Positions 1 through 8,928 of a stretch of 14,385 nucleotides of DNA are shown piece by piece. Location of the stretch: NCBI GenBank assembly GCA_049969555.1, contig JBMFOQ010000015.1, positions 1 to 14,385 of the forward strand, in the 5' to 3' direction. The notes below the pieces were generated by a model. The model was not told the DNA's origin and made no database searches. It was given only the letters and a program-made list of their open reading frames with translations. Made by a program: the position numbers and the translations under genes. Positions within the stretch are counted from its first letter, which is position 1. The number at the start of each line of letters is the position of its first letter. Source of the stretch: Minisyncoccia bacterium. GTDB taxonomy: Bacteria; Patescibacteriota; Minisyncoccia; UBA6257.

Positions 1-33
1 AAAAAAAATAAAACTTAAACTGAAAGATAGGTT

Positions 34-450
34 TAGAAAAAAATAAAGACCCAAAGAAGCCAAAAGCCAAAAGAAAAAAAGATAATAAAAAGCAAGATAC
101 CGCCAGAGGTATGATTGAAGAAAACTTTTATAAAATATTTTTCTAAATAGCAAAAATAACAAAAATAATATAACAATCAACAGCCAAAAAGGATTAAAAA
201 AAAGGGCTAAAACTTTGGTTAAAAGAAGACTTAAAAGAAAAAAATTAAAATTAAGCCAAGAAAGTCCAGAGAATATCTTCCATAAAAATATTGCTAATAA
301 ACCCAAAAAAATCCACCAAAAATCGTGGCTAAACAAAACCAAAAAAATTAAAGTTAAACTATATATTAAAAAAAAGAATAAATTCTTTTTAAAAGGAGAG
401 ATAGAAAAAACTGAAGAATTAGCTCTTAATTTTTCTTTTTTTTCTTTCAT
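34..450 (-). CDS. Hypothetical small multi-pass membrane protein (138 aa, about 5 predicted TM helices); not in the supplied ORF track
   Basis: Manual minus-strand translation from ATG (450..448) to TAA (36..34): [138 protein letters not shown]. There are five hydrophobic stretches, with K/R clustered at the N-terminus and on alternate loops. I count about 17 TAA/TAG/TGA triplets on this strand in the interval, all out of frame. It runs in the same direction as all neighbouring genes. I recognise no homolog, and a T-rich strand inflates chance ORFs. Confidence 0.5.
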
Positions 451-3088
451 TACCTTTAGAAATTTCTTTTAACACTAATTTATTATTGTCTAAATCTACT
501 AATACTTTCGCTCCTTCTTTAATTTCTTTTTGAATCAATTTATCAGCTAAAGGATCCAAAACATTTTTCTCAATGTATCTTTTCAGCGGCCGAGCGCCAA
601 ATTCTTTTTCATAGCCATTTCTAGCAATAAATTCTTTTGCTTTTTCGCTTAACTCTAAAGAAATATTTTTTGCTTCTAACCGTTTATTTATTTTTGTAAA
701 TTGAATTTCAACAATCTTTAAAATATCATTTAAAGTTAAAGGATTAAAAACGATAATTTCATCTAAACGATTGATAAACTCTGGTCTAAAATATTCTCTT
801 AACGATTGAAGGATTTTCTCTTTTAAATCGCGGTTCTTTTGCTCATTAATTTTGATTTGGTTTTTCTCTTGAGTTTCAAAACCTAACGACCCCATTTCTT
901 GTATATACTCTCCTCCTAAATTAGAAGTCATTATAATAATCGTATTTTTAAAATTAACTGTTCTTCCCCGGCCATCTGTCAATCGGCCATTATCTAAAAT
1001 TTGAAGTAAAATATTAAATACTTCTGGGTGAGCTTTTTCAATTTCGTCAAAAAGAATAAGACTATATGGTCGGTGCTTTACAGCCTCGGTTAATTGTCCA
1101 CCCTCCTCATAACCCACATAGCCTGGTGGAGAACCAATTAATCTTGCAACAGTATGTTTTTCCATATATTCAGACATATCAAACCTTATCAAAGATTTTT
1201 CATCGGAAAACATAAATTCTGCCAATGCTCTGGCTAATTCAGTTTTTCCTACACCAGTGGGTCCTAAAAACATAAAAGAACCCAATGGTCTTTCTTCTTC
1301 GGCTATTCCTGCCCTTGCTCTTCGAATTGCCCTAGCTACTGCCTTAATTGCTTCTTCTTGTCCAACAACTCTTTTTTTAAGTTCTTCCTCTATCCGTATT
1401 AATTTTTTAGTCTCTTCCTCTAACATTTTTGCCACTGGAATGCCGGTCCAACGAGAAACAACCCGCGCAACATCTTCAGCAGTTACTTCATTTTTAAGGA
1501 ACCTCTCTTCTAAAGGAATTGAGTTTAATTGCTTTTCTTTATTTAAAAGCTCTTTTTCTAAAGCAGGAATTTTTCCATAATATATTTCCGCCACTTTATC
1601 CAAATGCCCTTCTCTTTCTTCTACTTCTGCTTTTTTTCTTAAATTTTCAATTTCTTTTTTAATATTACTCACTGAGAGAAAGAGATTCTTTTCTTCTTCA
1701 TATTTTTTATTAATCTCTTCTAATTTTTTCTTTAATTTTTTAATTTCTGATTCAACTTTTTTAAGTTGATCTTTATTTAAATAAGACTCTTGTTTTAGAG
1801 CTTCTTTTTCTAATTCTAATGATTTAATTTTTTTAGTTAATTCCAAAATAGGCAAAGGCAGACTGCCAATTTCTAAACTTAAAGAAGAAGCGGCTTCATC
1901 AATTAAATCTATTGCTTTATCAGGCAAAAAGCGAGAAGTTATATAACGAACGGATAGATGAACAGCTGCGGTAATTGCTTCGTTTGAGATTTTCAACCCA
2001 TGATGAAGTTCGTATTTTTCCTTTAGTCCTCTTAAAATAGCAATTGCTTCCTCAGGCGATGGTTCTTCAACAATAACTGGCTGAAATCTTCTTTCTAAAG
2101 CCGGGTCTTTTTCAATATATTCCCGATAATCTTTAAAAGTCGCTGCCCCAATAGCCCGCAGTTCTCCTCTGGCTAAAGCTGGCTTTAAAAGATTTGAAGC
2201 GTCAATTGCTCCTTCGGCTGCTCCGGCACCAACCAAAGTATGAATTTCGTCTATAAAAACAATAATATTTGACTCTTTCTTTATCTTTTTCAACAAATTT
2301 TTTAATCTTTCTTCAAATTCGCCGCGAAAACGAGTACCAGCAATTAAAGCACCCAAATCTAAAGAAATAATTCTTTTATTTCTTAAAGCTTCTGGTACCT
2401 CACCTTTGGCAATCAACTGGGCCAATCCTTCAACAATGGCCGTTTTTCCTACACCAGCCTCACCTAATAAAATAGGGTTGTTTTTTGTTCTTCGAGAAAG
2501 AATCTGCATTACTCGCCGCAACTCATTTTCTCTGCCAATCACTGGGTCTAATTTATTCTCCTCTGCCATTTTGGTTAAATCTTGAGTGTATTTTTCCAAA
2601 TTATTTTCTTGTAATTCCTGAAATTCGTCAGTTATTTTTTCTCCTTGGCTAAATTTTAATAAGGCATCAAGATAGTCGCTTTTTTTAATTTGATATTTAT
2701 TTAAAATTTCTTGAGCAGAATTTTTAGTGGCAAGAATACCATAAAAAAGATATTCTGGCGAAATATATTCATTTTTATCTTCGTAAGATTTTTTTGCCGC
2801 GCTTTCAATAATTAACATTAATTCTTGAGATAAAGGCATGGTGGCAAAGGCGCTTGAGGTGACATAAATTCTTGGCAGTTTAATAATCTCTTCTAAAATA
2901 TCTTTCATTAAATTATCAACTGGTACTTTTAATTCTTTGTCTAATAACTCCCTAATATTAAATTCTTCATCAAGTAAAGTATATAAAAGATGAAGAGCGC
3001 GCATCTCTCCCTGATTTCTCTCAAAAGCCATTTGCTGGGCTTTTTCTAAGGCTATTTGGGCTTTATTAGTAAAACGACCAAGAGGCAT
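419..3088 (-). CDS. clpB: ClpB AAA+ disaggregase chaperone (889 aa)
   Basis: Clp N-domain-like N-terminus ([16 protein letters not shown]...LHLLYTLL). Two Walker A motifs ([16 protein letters not shown]) and Walker B motifs ([20 protein letters not shown]). A long coiled-coil middle domain between the NBDs ([13 protein letters not shown]...[13 protein letters not shown]...) distinguishes ClpB from ClpA/ClpX. Conserved RVVGQEEAI and GARPLKR motifs. Stop codon TAA. Confidence 0.95.
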   Translation of the reverse strand: MPLGRFTNKAQIALEKAQQMAFERNQGEMRALHLLYTLLDEEFNIRELLDKELKVPVDNLMKDILEEIIKLPRIYVTSSAFATMPLSQELMLIIESAAKKSYEDKNEYISPEYLFYGILATKNSAQEILNKYQIKKSDYLDALLKFSQGEKITDEFQELQENNLEKYTQDLTKMAEENKLDPVIGRENELRRVMQILSRRTKNNPILLGEAGVGKTAIVEGLAQLIAKGEVPEALRNKRIISLDLGALIAGTRFRGEFEERLKNLLKKIKKESNIIVFIDEIHTLVGAGAAEGAIDASNLLKPALARGELRAIGAATFKDYREYIEKDPALERRFQPVIVEEPSPEEAIAILRGLKEKYELHHGLKISNEAITAAVHLSVRYITSRFLPDKAIDLIDEAASSLSLEIGSLPLPILELTKKIKSLELEKEALKQESYLNKDQLKKVESEIKKLKKKLEEINKKYEEEKNLFLSVSNIKKEIENLRKKAEVEEREGHLDKVAEIYYGKIPALEKELLNKEKQLNSIPLEERFLKNEVTAEDVARVVSRWTGIPVAKMLEEETKKLIRIEEELKKRVVGQEEAIKAVARAIRRARAGIAEEERPLGSFMFLGPTGVGKTELARALAEFMFSDEKSLIRFDMSEYMEKHTVARLIGSPPGYVGYEEGGQLTEAVKHRPYSLILFDEIEKAHPEVFNILLQILDNGRLTDGRGRTVNFKNTIIIMTSNLGGEYIQEMGSLGFETQEKNQIKINEQKNRDLKEKILQSLREYFRPEFINRLDEIIVFNPLTLNDILKIVEIQFTKINKRLEAKNISLELSEKAKEFIARNGYEKEFGARPLKRYIEKNVLDPLADKLIQKEIKEGAKVLVDLDNNKLVLKEISKGNERKKRKIKS

Positions 3089-3145
3089 AATAGTAAATCA
3101 AAATTCAAAAATTAAAAATTTCAAATTTAATTTGTTAATTATTTA

Positions 3146-4366
3146 TTATTGATATTTTTCTTTCCTTTCAGTTAAAGTTACCTTGACTTCAAAAATTTTT
3201 TCTCCTCGGTTAATTTTTAGAGTGATTGTATCTCCTACCTTATATTCTCTAATTAAATTGGCTAAATTGTTTTCTTTATTAATTTTTTTGCCATCTATTT
3301 CTAAAATCACATCGCCTTCTTTTAATCCTGCTTTATCAGCCGGAGAATTTTTAACTATTGCCTCTTCTTCTTTATCACCTTTAACAATTAAAGCGCCGTA
3401 GTCATATTTTAAATTTTTTTCCTCTTGAATTTGATTATCAACTAAAACATATCTCACCCCTAAAAATGGAATTTTAATTTTTCCGGTTTCAATTACCTGA
3501 CTTAAAGCACTTTTAATTTTATTAATCGGAATAGCAAAACCAATATTTTGAGCGCCGGAAACCATGGCGGTGCTCATTCCTACCACTTCACCTTTTAAAT
3601 TGAGAACTGGACCGCCGGAATTGCCTCGATTAATTGCCGCATCAGTTTGAATCACATCATTTAAGGTCTGAATATTTCCGAAAGAATCTGCTGCCTGAAT
3701 TGTACGGTATAAACCAGAAATCACTCCCACAGAAACAGTATTTCTAAATTCGCCCAAAGCATTGCCAATAACAATTACACTTTCCCCAATTTCAATCTTT
3801 TTTGAATCTCCTAATTTTAAAGGAGTTAAATTATTTGCTTCTATTTTTAATACGGCAAAATCTTCTACTGGATCGCGAGCAATAACTTTTGCCGGATATT
3901 TTTTACCATCGTTAGTTAAAACTGTATATTCTGCAGATTCATCACTCACCACATGTCTATTAGTAATAATATATCCTCGGCTATCAACAATAAATCCCGA
4001 GCCAGAACTCACTTCTTGTTTTTGTGTTCCTTTTTGCCGATATTGGGGAATCTGAAACTCAAAACCAAAAGGAAAAAAATCGGGAAATTCTTCAAAAGGA
4101 TTAATGTAATATTTTTCCAAAACTGGCAAATCCTTTGAAGCAATAACACTTACGACTGAATTTTCGCTGGCTTTGACTACTTTGACTATTTTTTCCTCAT
4201 AACTTAAACTTTCTAAACCAGAAGTTTCTTTTTGAGAAGGGGGTAAAGATTGAGGCTGAAGAATTTTTAAAGAATAAAAGCCCCCTAAAAAGCCACAAAG
4301 AAAACCACCTGCTAAAGAAATAATTAAAAAGCTAATTAAAACTTTTCTCATTTGGCTCTCCTGCAT
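3146..4366 (-). CDS. htrA: HtrA/DegP-family periplasmic serine protease with one PDZ domain and an N-terminal membrane anchor
   Basis: Trypsin-like catalytic triad contexts: ITNRHVV (His), DFAVLKI (Asp), GNSGGPVLN (Ser). C-terminal PDZ-like segment (SPADKAGLKEGDVILEIDGKKI). Hydrophobic N-terminal anchor (VLISFLIISLAGGFLCGFLGGF). The true start may be the second ATG at 4351 (MRKVLISF...), which lies 6 nt downstream of a GGAG at 4361..4358. Confidence 0.9.
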   Translation of the reverse strand: MQESQMRKVLISFLIISLAGGFLCGFLGGFYSLKILQPQSLPPSQKETSGLESLSYEEKIVKVVKASENSVVSVIASKDLPVLEKYYINPFEEFPDFFPFGFEFQIPQYRQKGTQKQEVSSGSGFIVDSRGYIITNRHVVSDESAEYTVLTNDGKKYPAKVIARDPVEDFAVLKIEANNLTPLKLGDSKKIEIGESVIVIGNALGEFRNTVSVGVISGLYRTIQAADSFGNIQTLNDVIQTDAAINRGNSGGPVLNLKGEVVGMSTAMVSGAQNIGFAIPINKIKSALSQVIETGKIKIPFLGVRYVLVDNQIQEEKNLKYDYGALIVKGDKEEEAIVKNSPADKAGLKEGDVILEIDGKKINKENNLANLIREYKVGDTITLKINRGEKIFEVKVTLTERKEKYQ

Positions 4367-4379
4367 GATAGTTAAATTT

Positions 4380-4395
4380 AATGTTTTAAAACATT
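4380..4395. promoter_or_regulatory. Perfect 16-bp palindrome between the htrA -10 element and the htrA start (operator or leader hairpin candidate)
   Basis: AATGTTTTAAAACATT is its own reverse complement. It lies about 7 nt downstream of the TATAAT box, around the expected transcription start. Confidence 0.3.
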
Positions 4396-4401
4396 TTTTA
4401 T

Positions 4402-4429
4402 ATTATAGCACAAATTGATAAAAAATTAA
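4402..4429 (-). promoter_or_regulatory. Extended -10 promoter candidate for htrA (and possibly clpB)
   Basis: Minus strand: TGcTATAAT (4410..4402), a perfect extended -10, with a weak -35 TTAATT (4429..4424) and a 16-nt spacer. It starts directly after the uppS stop. Confidence 0.4.
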
Positions 4430-5149
4430 TTATTTGCCAAACCTTCTTTGCCTTTTTGTAAATTCTTCGAGAGCTAAATCAAATTGTTTTTTGTCAAAAT
4501 CTGGCCAATAGATTTTAGGAAAATAAAATTCAGCATAAGTTGTCTGTAAAGGCAAAAAATTTGAGAGGCGCATTTCTCCCGAAGTTCTAATCACAAAATC
4601 CACATCTGGCAAACCTTCTGTATCTAAATACTCCATTAATACCTCTTCCGTAATTTCTTTGGGTTTCAGTTTCTTTGAAACAATTTTTCTTATTGCCCTT
4701 ACTATTTCATCTCGGCCGCCATAATCTAAAGCAATATTAACCACCATCTCTTTATTATTTTTAGTAATTTTTTCAGCTTTTATAATTTCCTCCATTAGAG
4801 TTTTTGGGAGACGATCTCTCTTTCCAATCTGACGAAAGCGAATTCCTAATTTATGAAATTCTTTAGCATACCGCCTAGCAAATTCTGTAAAAAGATTCAT
4901 TAAATAATTAACCTCTTCTTTACTTCTTTTCCAATTTTCCGTCGAAAAACCATAAAGAGTTAAAACTTTTATTCCTTTTTTTCTAGCATATCTTATTATT
5001 TCTACCACTCTTTGAATTCCTCTTAGATGTCCTCGAAAAGAAGGGAGCCCTTTTTCTTTTGCCCAGCGTCGATTGCCGTCAATTAAAATTCCAATATGTT
5101 GAGGAAAATTAGAATTAGTTTCTACTTTCTTAATTTCTTCTTTCTCCAT
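4430..5149 (-). CDS. uppS: Undecaprenyl-diphosphate synthase (cis-prenyltransferase), 239 aa
   Basis: Family hallmark motifs are present: HIGILIDGNRRWAK, LTLYGFSTENWKRS, IRTSGEMRLSNFLPLQ, and the C-terminal RQRRFG. Confidence 0.93.
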   Translation of the reverse strand: MEKEEIKKVETNSNFPQHIGILIDGNRRWAKEKGLPSFRGHLRGIQRVVEIIRYARKKGIKVLTLYGFSTENWKRSKEEVNYLMNLFTEFARRYAKEFHKLGIRFRQIGKRDRLPKTLMEEIIKAEKITKNNKEMVVNIALDYGGRDEIVRAIRKIVSKKLKPKEITEEVLMEYLDTEGLPDVDFVIRTSGEMRLSNFLPLQTTYAEFYFPKIYWPDFDKKQFDLALEEFTKRQRRFGK

Positions 5150-5188
5150 AATAGAAAAATTTTTGAATTTTTTTAATTTTTTCTAATT

Positions 5189-8100
5189 TTATTTTCTAAA
5201 GCCTGTGCCAGCAGGGATTAAACGACCAATAATAACATTTTCTTTCAAACCTCTCAAATAATCAACTTTTCCTTCAAGGGCCGCTTGAATCAAAACCCGA
5301 GAAGTTTCCTGGAAAGAAGCCGCAGACAAAAAGCTTTCAGAAGTTAAAGACACTGCTTTGATACCTTTTATCACTTGGGCTGCTTTTGGCGGTTCTTTTT
5401 TAAGGGCTTTTAATCGATCAACCTCATTAAGATATTGATTTTTGGAGACAATCTCACCAACGATAAAATCGCTATCTCCTGCTTCCGTTATTTTTACCCG
5501 AGAAAACATTTGTCTAATAATAATTTCAAAATGCTTATCGTTAATTTTTGCGCCAGCAAGATTGTACACCTTTTTTACTTCTTTTAAAATATATTTTTGA
5601 CATGCTTCCTCGCCTAAGATATTTAAAATTTTCTTTAAATCAAGATTACCCTCGCAAAGCTGGTCTCCTTTATTTACTTTATCTCCTTTTTTGACATAAA
5701 GAGTAGTAATTTCTGGAACAACATATTCTATCAAATCTCTTTTCTTTATTTTTCCTCTTCTTTTTTCATTATTAGAAGAATCCGAATGAAAAGGTTTAAT
5801 TCTAATATAGCGTTGATGATTAATTAATTCTATATCAACCACTTCGCCATCAACTTCAGAAATTGTAGCTTCACCTCTTGGAGTCCGGGCCTCTAATAGC
5901 TCTTCTACCCTTGGCAAACCTTGAGTAATGTCAACTGCCCGCGCCACTCCTCCCAAGTGAAATGTTTTTAAAGTTAATTGCGTACCGGGTTCACCAATTG
6001 CCTGAGCCGCCACCACCCCCACTGCTTCCCCTAATTCAACAGGTTTTTTCCAGCCTAAATCCATTCCATAACATTTCTGGCATACTCCGGTTCTTGAAAG
6101 ACAATAAAGAGGAGACCTAATAATGACTTCCTCAACATCAGATTGGGCTATCTTTTTTGCCAAATTATAATCTATCAAAGTGTTGGCTTTGGCTATTAAA
6201 GCACCTCTCTTATCTTTAACATCCTCTAAAACATAGCGGCCGTATATTTTATCTTCAAAACTTTCACCTTCTTTCTCCACCTCTTGTTTATTAATAGTTA
6301 ATCCCTTTTTCGTTCCGCATTCCTCCTCACGAACAATAATTTCGTGGCTGACATCAACTAATCTGCGCGTAAGATAACCAGCAAAAGAGGTTTTTAAAGC
6401 AGTATCAGCCAATCCTTTTCTTCCAGCATGAGAGGCGGCAAAATATTCCAAAACATTAAAACCCTCCTGATGACAGGATAAAATAGGCAAATCAATTAAT
6501 TCGCCTTTTGGATTAACCACTAATCCTTTCATTCCCATAATTTGGGAGGCGATCATCCAACTGGCTCTTGCGCCAGAATTGACAATGACAAAAACCGAAT
6601 CATCAGGTTTAAATTTCTGGGGAACTTTTTCCGAAACTAAATCTGTTGCTTCCCGCCATTGCGCCTGCTCTAAAACTTTTCTTTCTTCTTCGGTTAACAA
6701 ACCCGCCTCGTATTGTTTATTGATTTCCTCTACTTTCTTTTTGGTTTCTTTAATAATTGAATACTTTTCTGGGGGAATCTTTAAATCACTATAACTCCAA
6801 GAAATCCCTGATAAGGTAGCGTAAAGAAATCCTAAATCTTTCATTTTGTTAATTACCTCGGCGCTTTCTTTAAAATCTTTTAATTTTTCTATAATCTCTC
6901 TTGTAAGATTTTTTAAGTCCTTTGAATTTAATTGATTATTAATGAAAGGTATTTCTTTTGGCAAAATGCTATTAAAGATAATTCGGCCAACAGTTGTTTC
7001 TACTAATTCATTATTTAATTTTTCTATCCTAACTTTAATTTTCTCATGAAGTTTAATCTTTTTTAAATCATAAGCTAAAAGCGCCTCTTTTTCATCAGTA
7101 AAAATTTTAATCGGCTTTTCGTCTTCTTCCGGCAAATCCATTGTCAACCAGTAAATCCCTAAAACCATCTCTAATCGAGGAAACATCACTGGTTCACCGT
7201 CAGCCGGCTTGATTAAACCCAAAGAGCTTAACATTTTTGTTCTTGCTTCCATTTGAGCCTCTTCAGTTAATGGTAAATGAATTGCCATTTGGTCGCCATC
7301 AAAATCAGCATTAAATGGCAAACAAACTAATGCCGGAAGTCTTAAAGCCAGACCCTCAACTAATTTAGGCTTAAAAGCTTCGATACTTAAACGATGAAGA
7401 GTTGGCGCTCGATTTAAAAGCACTAATTTGTCTTCAACCACCTTTTCTAATATTTCCCAAACTATATCCGGCCCTTCCTCTATTAAACGATTAGCAATTT
7501 TTGGGCTATGAACTATTTCTCTTTTGATTAATTCAGCAATCACAAAAGGTTTAAAAATCTCTAAAGCCATTCTTTTTGGCACTCCGCACTCATCAATTTT
7601 TAATTCTGGACCAACAACAATTACTGATCTTCCTGAATAATCAACTCTTTTTCCTAAAAGATGTTGGCGAAAACGACCTTGTTTACCAGAAAGTAAATCT
7701 GCCAGAGAACGCAAAGGTCGATGTTGGGCAGCATGCATTGGTGTTGAACTGCTCACTTTTCTAATGGAATTATCAAGCAAAGCATCAACCGCTTCTTGAA
7801 GCATTCTTTTTTCATTCTTGACTATTACCTCCGGAGCGCGTAGTTCTAATAATTTTTTCAATCGGTTGTTGCGGTTGATTACTCGACGATATAAATCATT
7901 TAAATCATAAGAGGCAAATTTTCCGCCTTCTAATTGAACCATTGGTCTTAAATCCGGAGGCAACACTGGTAAAACCGTTAAAACCATCCATTCTGGTCTG
8001 GTTTTTGATTTAATAAAAGCCCTTACCAGTCTTAAGCGATTGATTAATTTATTTTCTACCTGTCCTTTTCTTCTTTGCTTTTCTATTTCTTCCAATAATT

Positions 8101-8926
8101 TTTTTTGCAATTCATTAAGATTAATTTCTTCCAAAAATCTTTTAATTGGCGCGGCGCCTGTTTCTGCTGTAAAAACTTGCCCATATTTTTTGGAAAGTAG
8201 CAAATAATCTACTTCCGAAAAAATAGCTTTTGGTTTAATCATCAATAATTCATTAATCGCCCTCTCTTTAACTTCGCTTAATTCTTTAATTGCTAATTCT
8301 TTTTTCTCTTTTATTTCTTGGGGTTTTAATTTTTCTTCCTTGTTTTTTTTCTGGTTTTCTTTTTCTAATTCTTTATATTCGCTTTCTATTTTTTTTACTT
8401 TATTTTGGTATTCTTTTTCAATTTCTGTAAGAACTTTTTTCTTTGCCTCTTCATCAACATGAGTCACAATATAGGCATTGTAATAAACAACTGCCTCTAA
8501 AGCATTTTGACTGATATCTAAAATTAAACCAATTCTTGAAGGAACGCTTCTTAAAAACCAAATATGAGTTACTGGCGCAGCTAATTGAATATGCCCCATT
8601 CTTTCCCTTCTTGATAAAGAGTGAATAACTTCTACCCCACAACGATCGCACTTTACTCCTTTGTATCTAATGCCTTTATATTTACCACAGGCGCATTCAT
8701 AATCCTTTACCGGCCCGAAAATTTGTTCAGAAAATAAACCTTCTTTTTCGGGTTTTTGAGTCCGATAATTGATTGTTTCTGCTCTTAAAACTTCTCCGTA
8801 AGACCAACTTAAAATTTCTTCTGGTGAAGCAAGCTTTATTTGTAATGCTTCGAAATCACTGATTCTTTCTTCGGTTTTTTGTCCTTCTTTGTTTAAAAAA
8901 TCTTTTTCTTTTGTTTTATAAGGCAT
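5189..8926 (-). CDS. rpoC: DNA-directed RNA polymerase subunit beta-prime (1245 aa)
   Basis: N-terminal Zn-ribbon CACGKYKG...CDRCGVEV. Catalytic NADFDGDQM motif. Second Zn-binding cluster (EECGTKKG...[13 protein letters not shown]). Bridge-helix and trigger-loop type sequences. The start lies 2 nt after the rpoB stop. Confidence 0.97.
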   Translation of the reverse strand: MPYKTKEKDFLNKEGQKTEERISDFEALQIKLASPEEILSWSYGEVLRAETINYRTQKPEKEGLFSEQIFGPVKDYECACGKYKGIRYKGVKCDRCGVEVIHSLSRRERMGHIQLAAPVTHIWFLRSVPSRIGLILDISQNALEAVVYYNAYIVTHVDEEAKKKVLTEIEKEYQNKVKKIESEYKELEKENQKKNKEEKLKPQEIKEKKELAIKELSEVKERAINELLMIKPKAIFSEVDYLLLSKKYGQVFTAETGAAPIKRFLEEINLNELQKKLLEEIEKQRRKGQVENKLINRLRLVRAFIKSKTRPEWMVLTVLPVLPPDLRPMVQLEGGKFASYDLNDLYRRVINRNNRLKKLLELRAPEVIVKNEKRMLQEAVDALLDNSIRKVSSSTPMHAAQHRPLRSLADLLSGKQGRFRQHLLGKRVDYSGRSVIVVGPELKIDECGVPKRMALEIFKPFVIAELIKREIVHSPKIANRLIEEGPDIVWEILEKVVEDKLVLLNRAPTLHRLSIEAFKPKLVEGLALRLPALVCLPFNADFDGDQMAIHLPLTEEAQMEARTKMLSSLGLIKPADGEPVMFPRLEMVLGIYWLTMDLPEEDEKPIKIFTDEKEALLAYDLKKIKLHEKIKVRIEKLNNELVETTVGRIIFNSILPKEIPFINNQLNSKDLKNLTREIIEKLKDFKESAEVINKMKDLGFLYATLSGISWSYSDLKIPPEKYSIIKETKKKVEEINKQYEAGLLTEEERKVLEQAQWREATDLVSEKVPQKFKPDDSVFVIVNSGARASWMIASQIMGMKGLVVNPKGELIDLPILSCHQEGFNVLEYFAASHAGRKGLADTALKTSFAGYLTRRLVDVSHEIIVREEECGTKKGLTINKQEVEKEGESFEDKIYGRYVLEDVKDKRGALIAKANTLIDYNLAKKIAQSDVEEVIIRSPLYCLSRTGVCQKCYGMDLGWKKPVELGEAVGVVAAQAIGEPGTQLTLKTFHLGGVARAVDITQGLPRVEELLEARTPRGEATISEVDGEVVDIELINHQRYIRIKPFHSDSSNNEKRRGKIKKRDLIEYVVPEITTLYVKKGDKVNKGDQLCEGNLDLKKILNILGEEACQKYILKEVKKVYNLAGAKINDKHFEIIIRQMFSRVKITEAGDSDFIVGEIVSKNQYLNEVDRLKALKKEPPKAAQVIKGIKAVSLTSESFLSAASFQETSRVLIQAALEGKVDYLRGLKENVIIGRLIPAGTGFRK

Positions 8927-8928
8927 AA

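Noticed and set aside
97-112. Small hairpin ATACC-GCCAGA-GGTAT that shares the 8-mer GGTATGAT and the 7-mer ATACCGC with the terminator hairpin at 13161..13195: a possible dispersed REP-like element
   Set aside because: There are only two copies, the shared words are short, and the stem is only 5 bp. The first copy lies inside the putative membrane ORF (it encodes SYLWRYL). The evidence is insufficient without a genome-wide count.
215-472. Plus-strand 85-aa Lys-rich ORF (TTG start) from the ORF track
   Set aside because: It is low-complexity poly-Lys/Asn sequence and is the exact antisense shadow of the Phe/Leu-rich minus-strand ORF 34..450. It starts at TTG, runs convergently into the clpB 3' end, and has no recognisable domain. 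The minus-strand frame has better support: its stop-codon phasing and TM periodicity.
1257-1580. Plus-strand 107-aa ORF inside clpB
   Set aside because: It is antisense to a strongly supported ClpB coding region. The Ser/Leu/Phe-rich composition is typical of shadow ORFs opposite Lys/Glu-rich genes.
1242-2457. Exact 16-nt repeat GTTTTTCCTACACCAG at 1242..1257 and 2442..2457, exactly 1200 nt apart
   Set aside because: Both copies are the antisense of the Walker A (GVGKT) codons of ClpB NBD1 and NBD2. This is paralogous domain conservation with shared codon choice, not a mobile or regulatory repeat.
3089-3145. Search for CIRCE (TTAGCACTC-N9-GAGTGCTAA), CtsR (GGTCAAA direct repeat) or HAIR operators upstream of clpB, plus a TTGAAA-containing promoter-like string
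   Set aside because: No match to any of these consensus operators. The TCAAA/TTTGA heptads have the wrong spacing for CtsR and are unremarkable in such AT-rich DNA. No -10 hexamer sits at a sensible distance from TTGAAA and the ATG.
3183-4138. Three plus-strand ORFs (3183..3401, 3762..4055, 3953..4138) inside htrA
   Set aside because: All three are antisense shadows of the HtrA gene. They have no motifs, a low-complexity Ser/Ile/Phe-rich composition, and they overlap each other.
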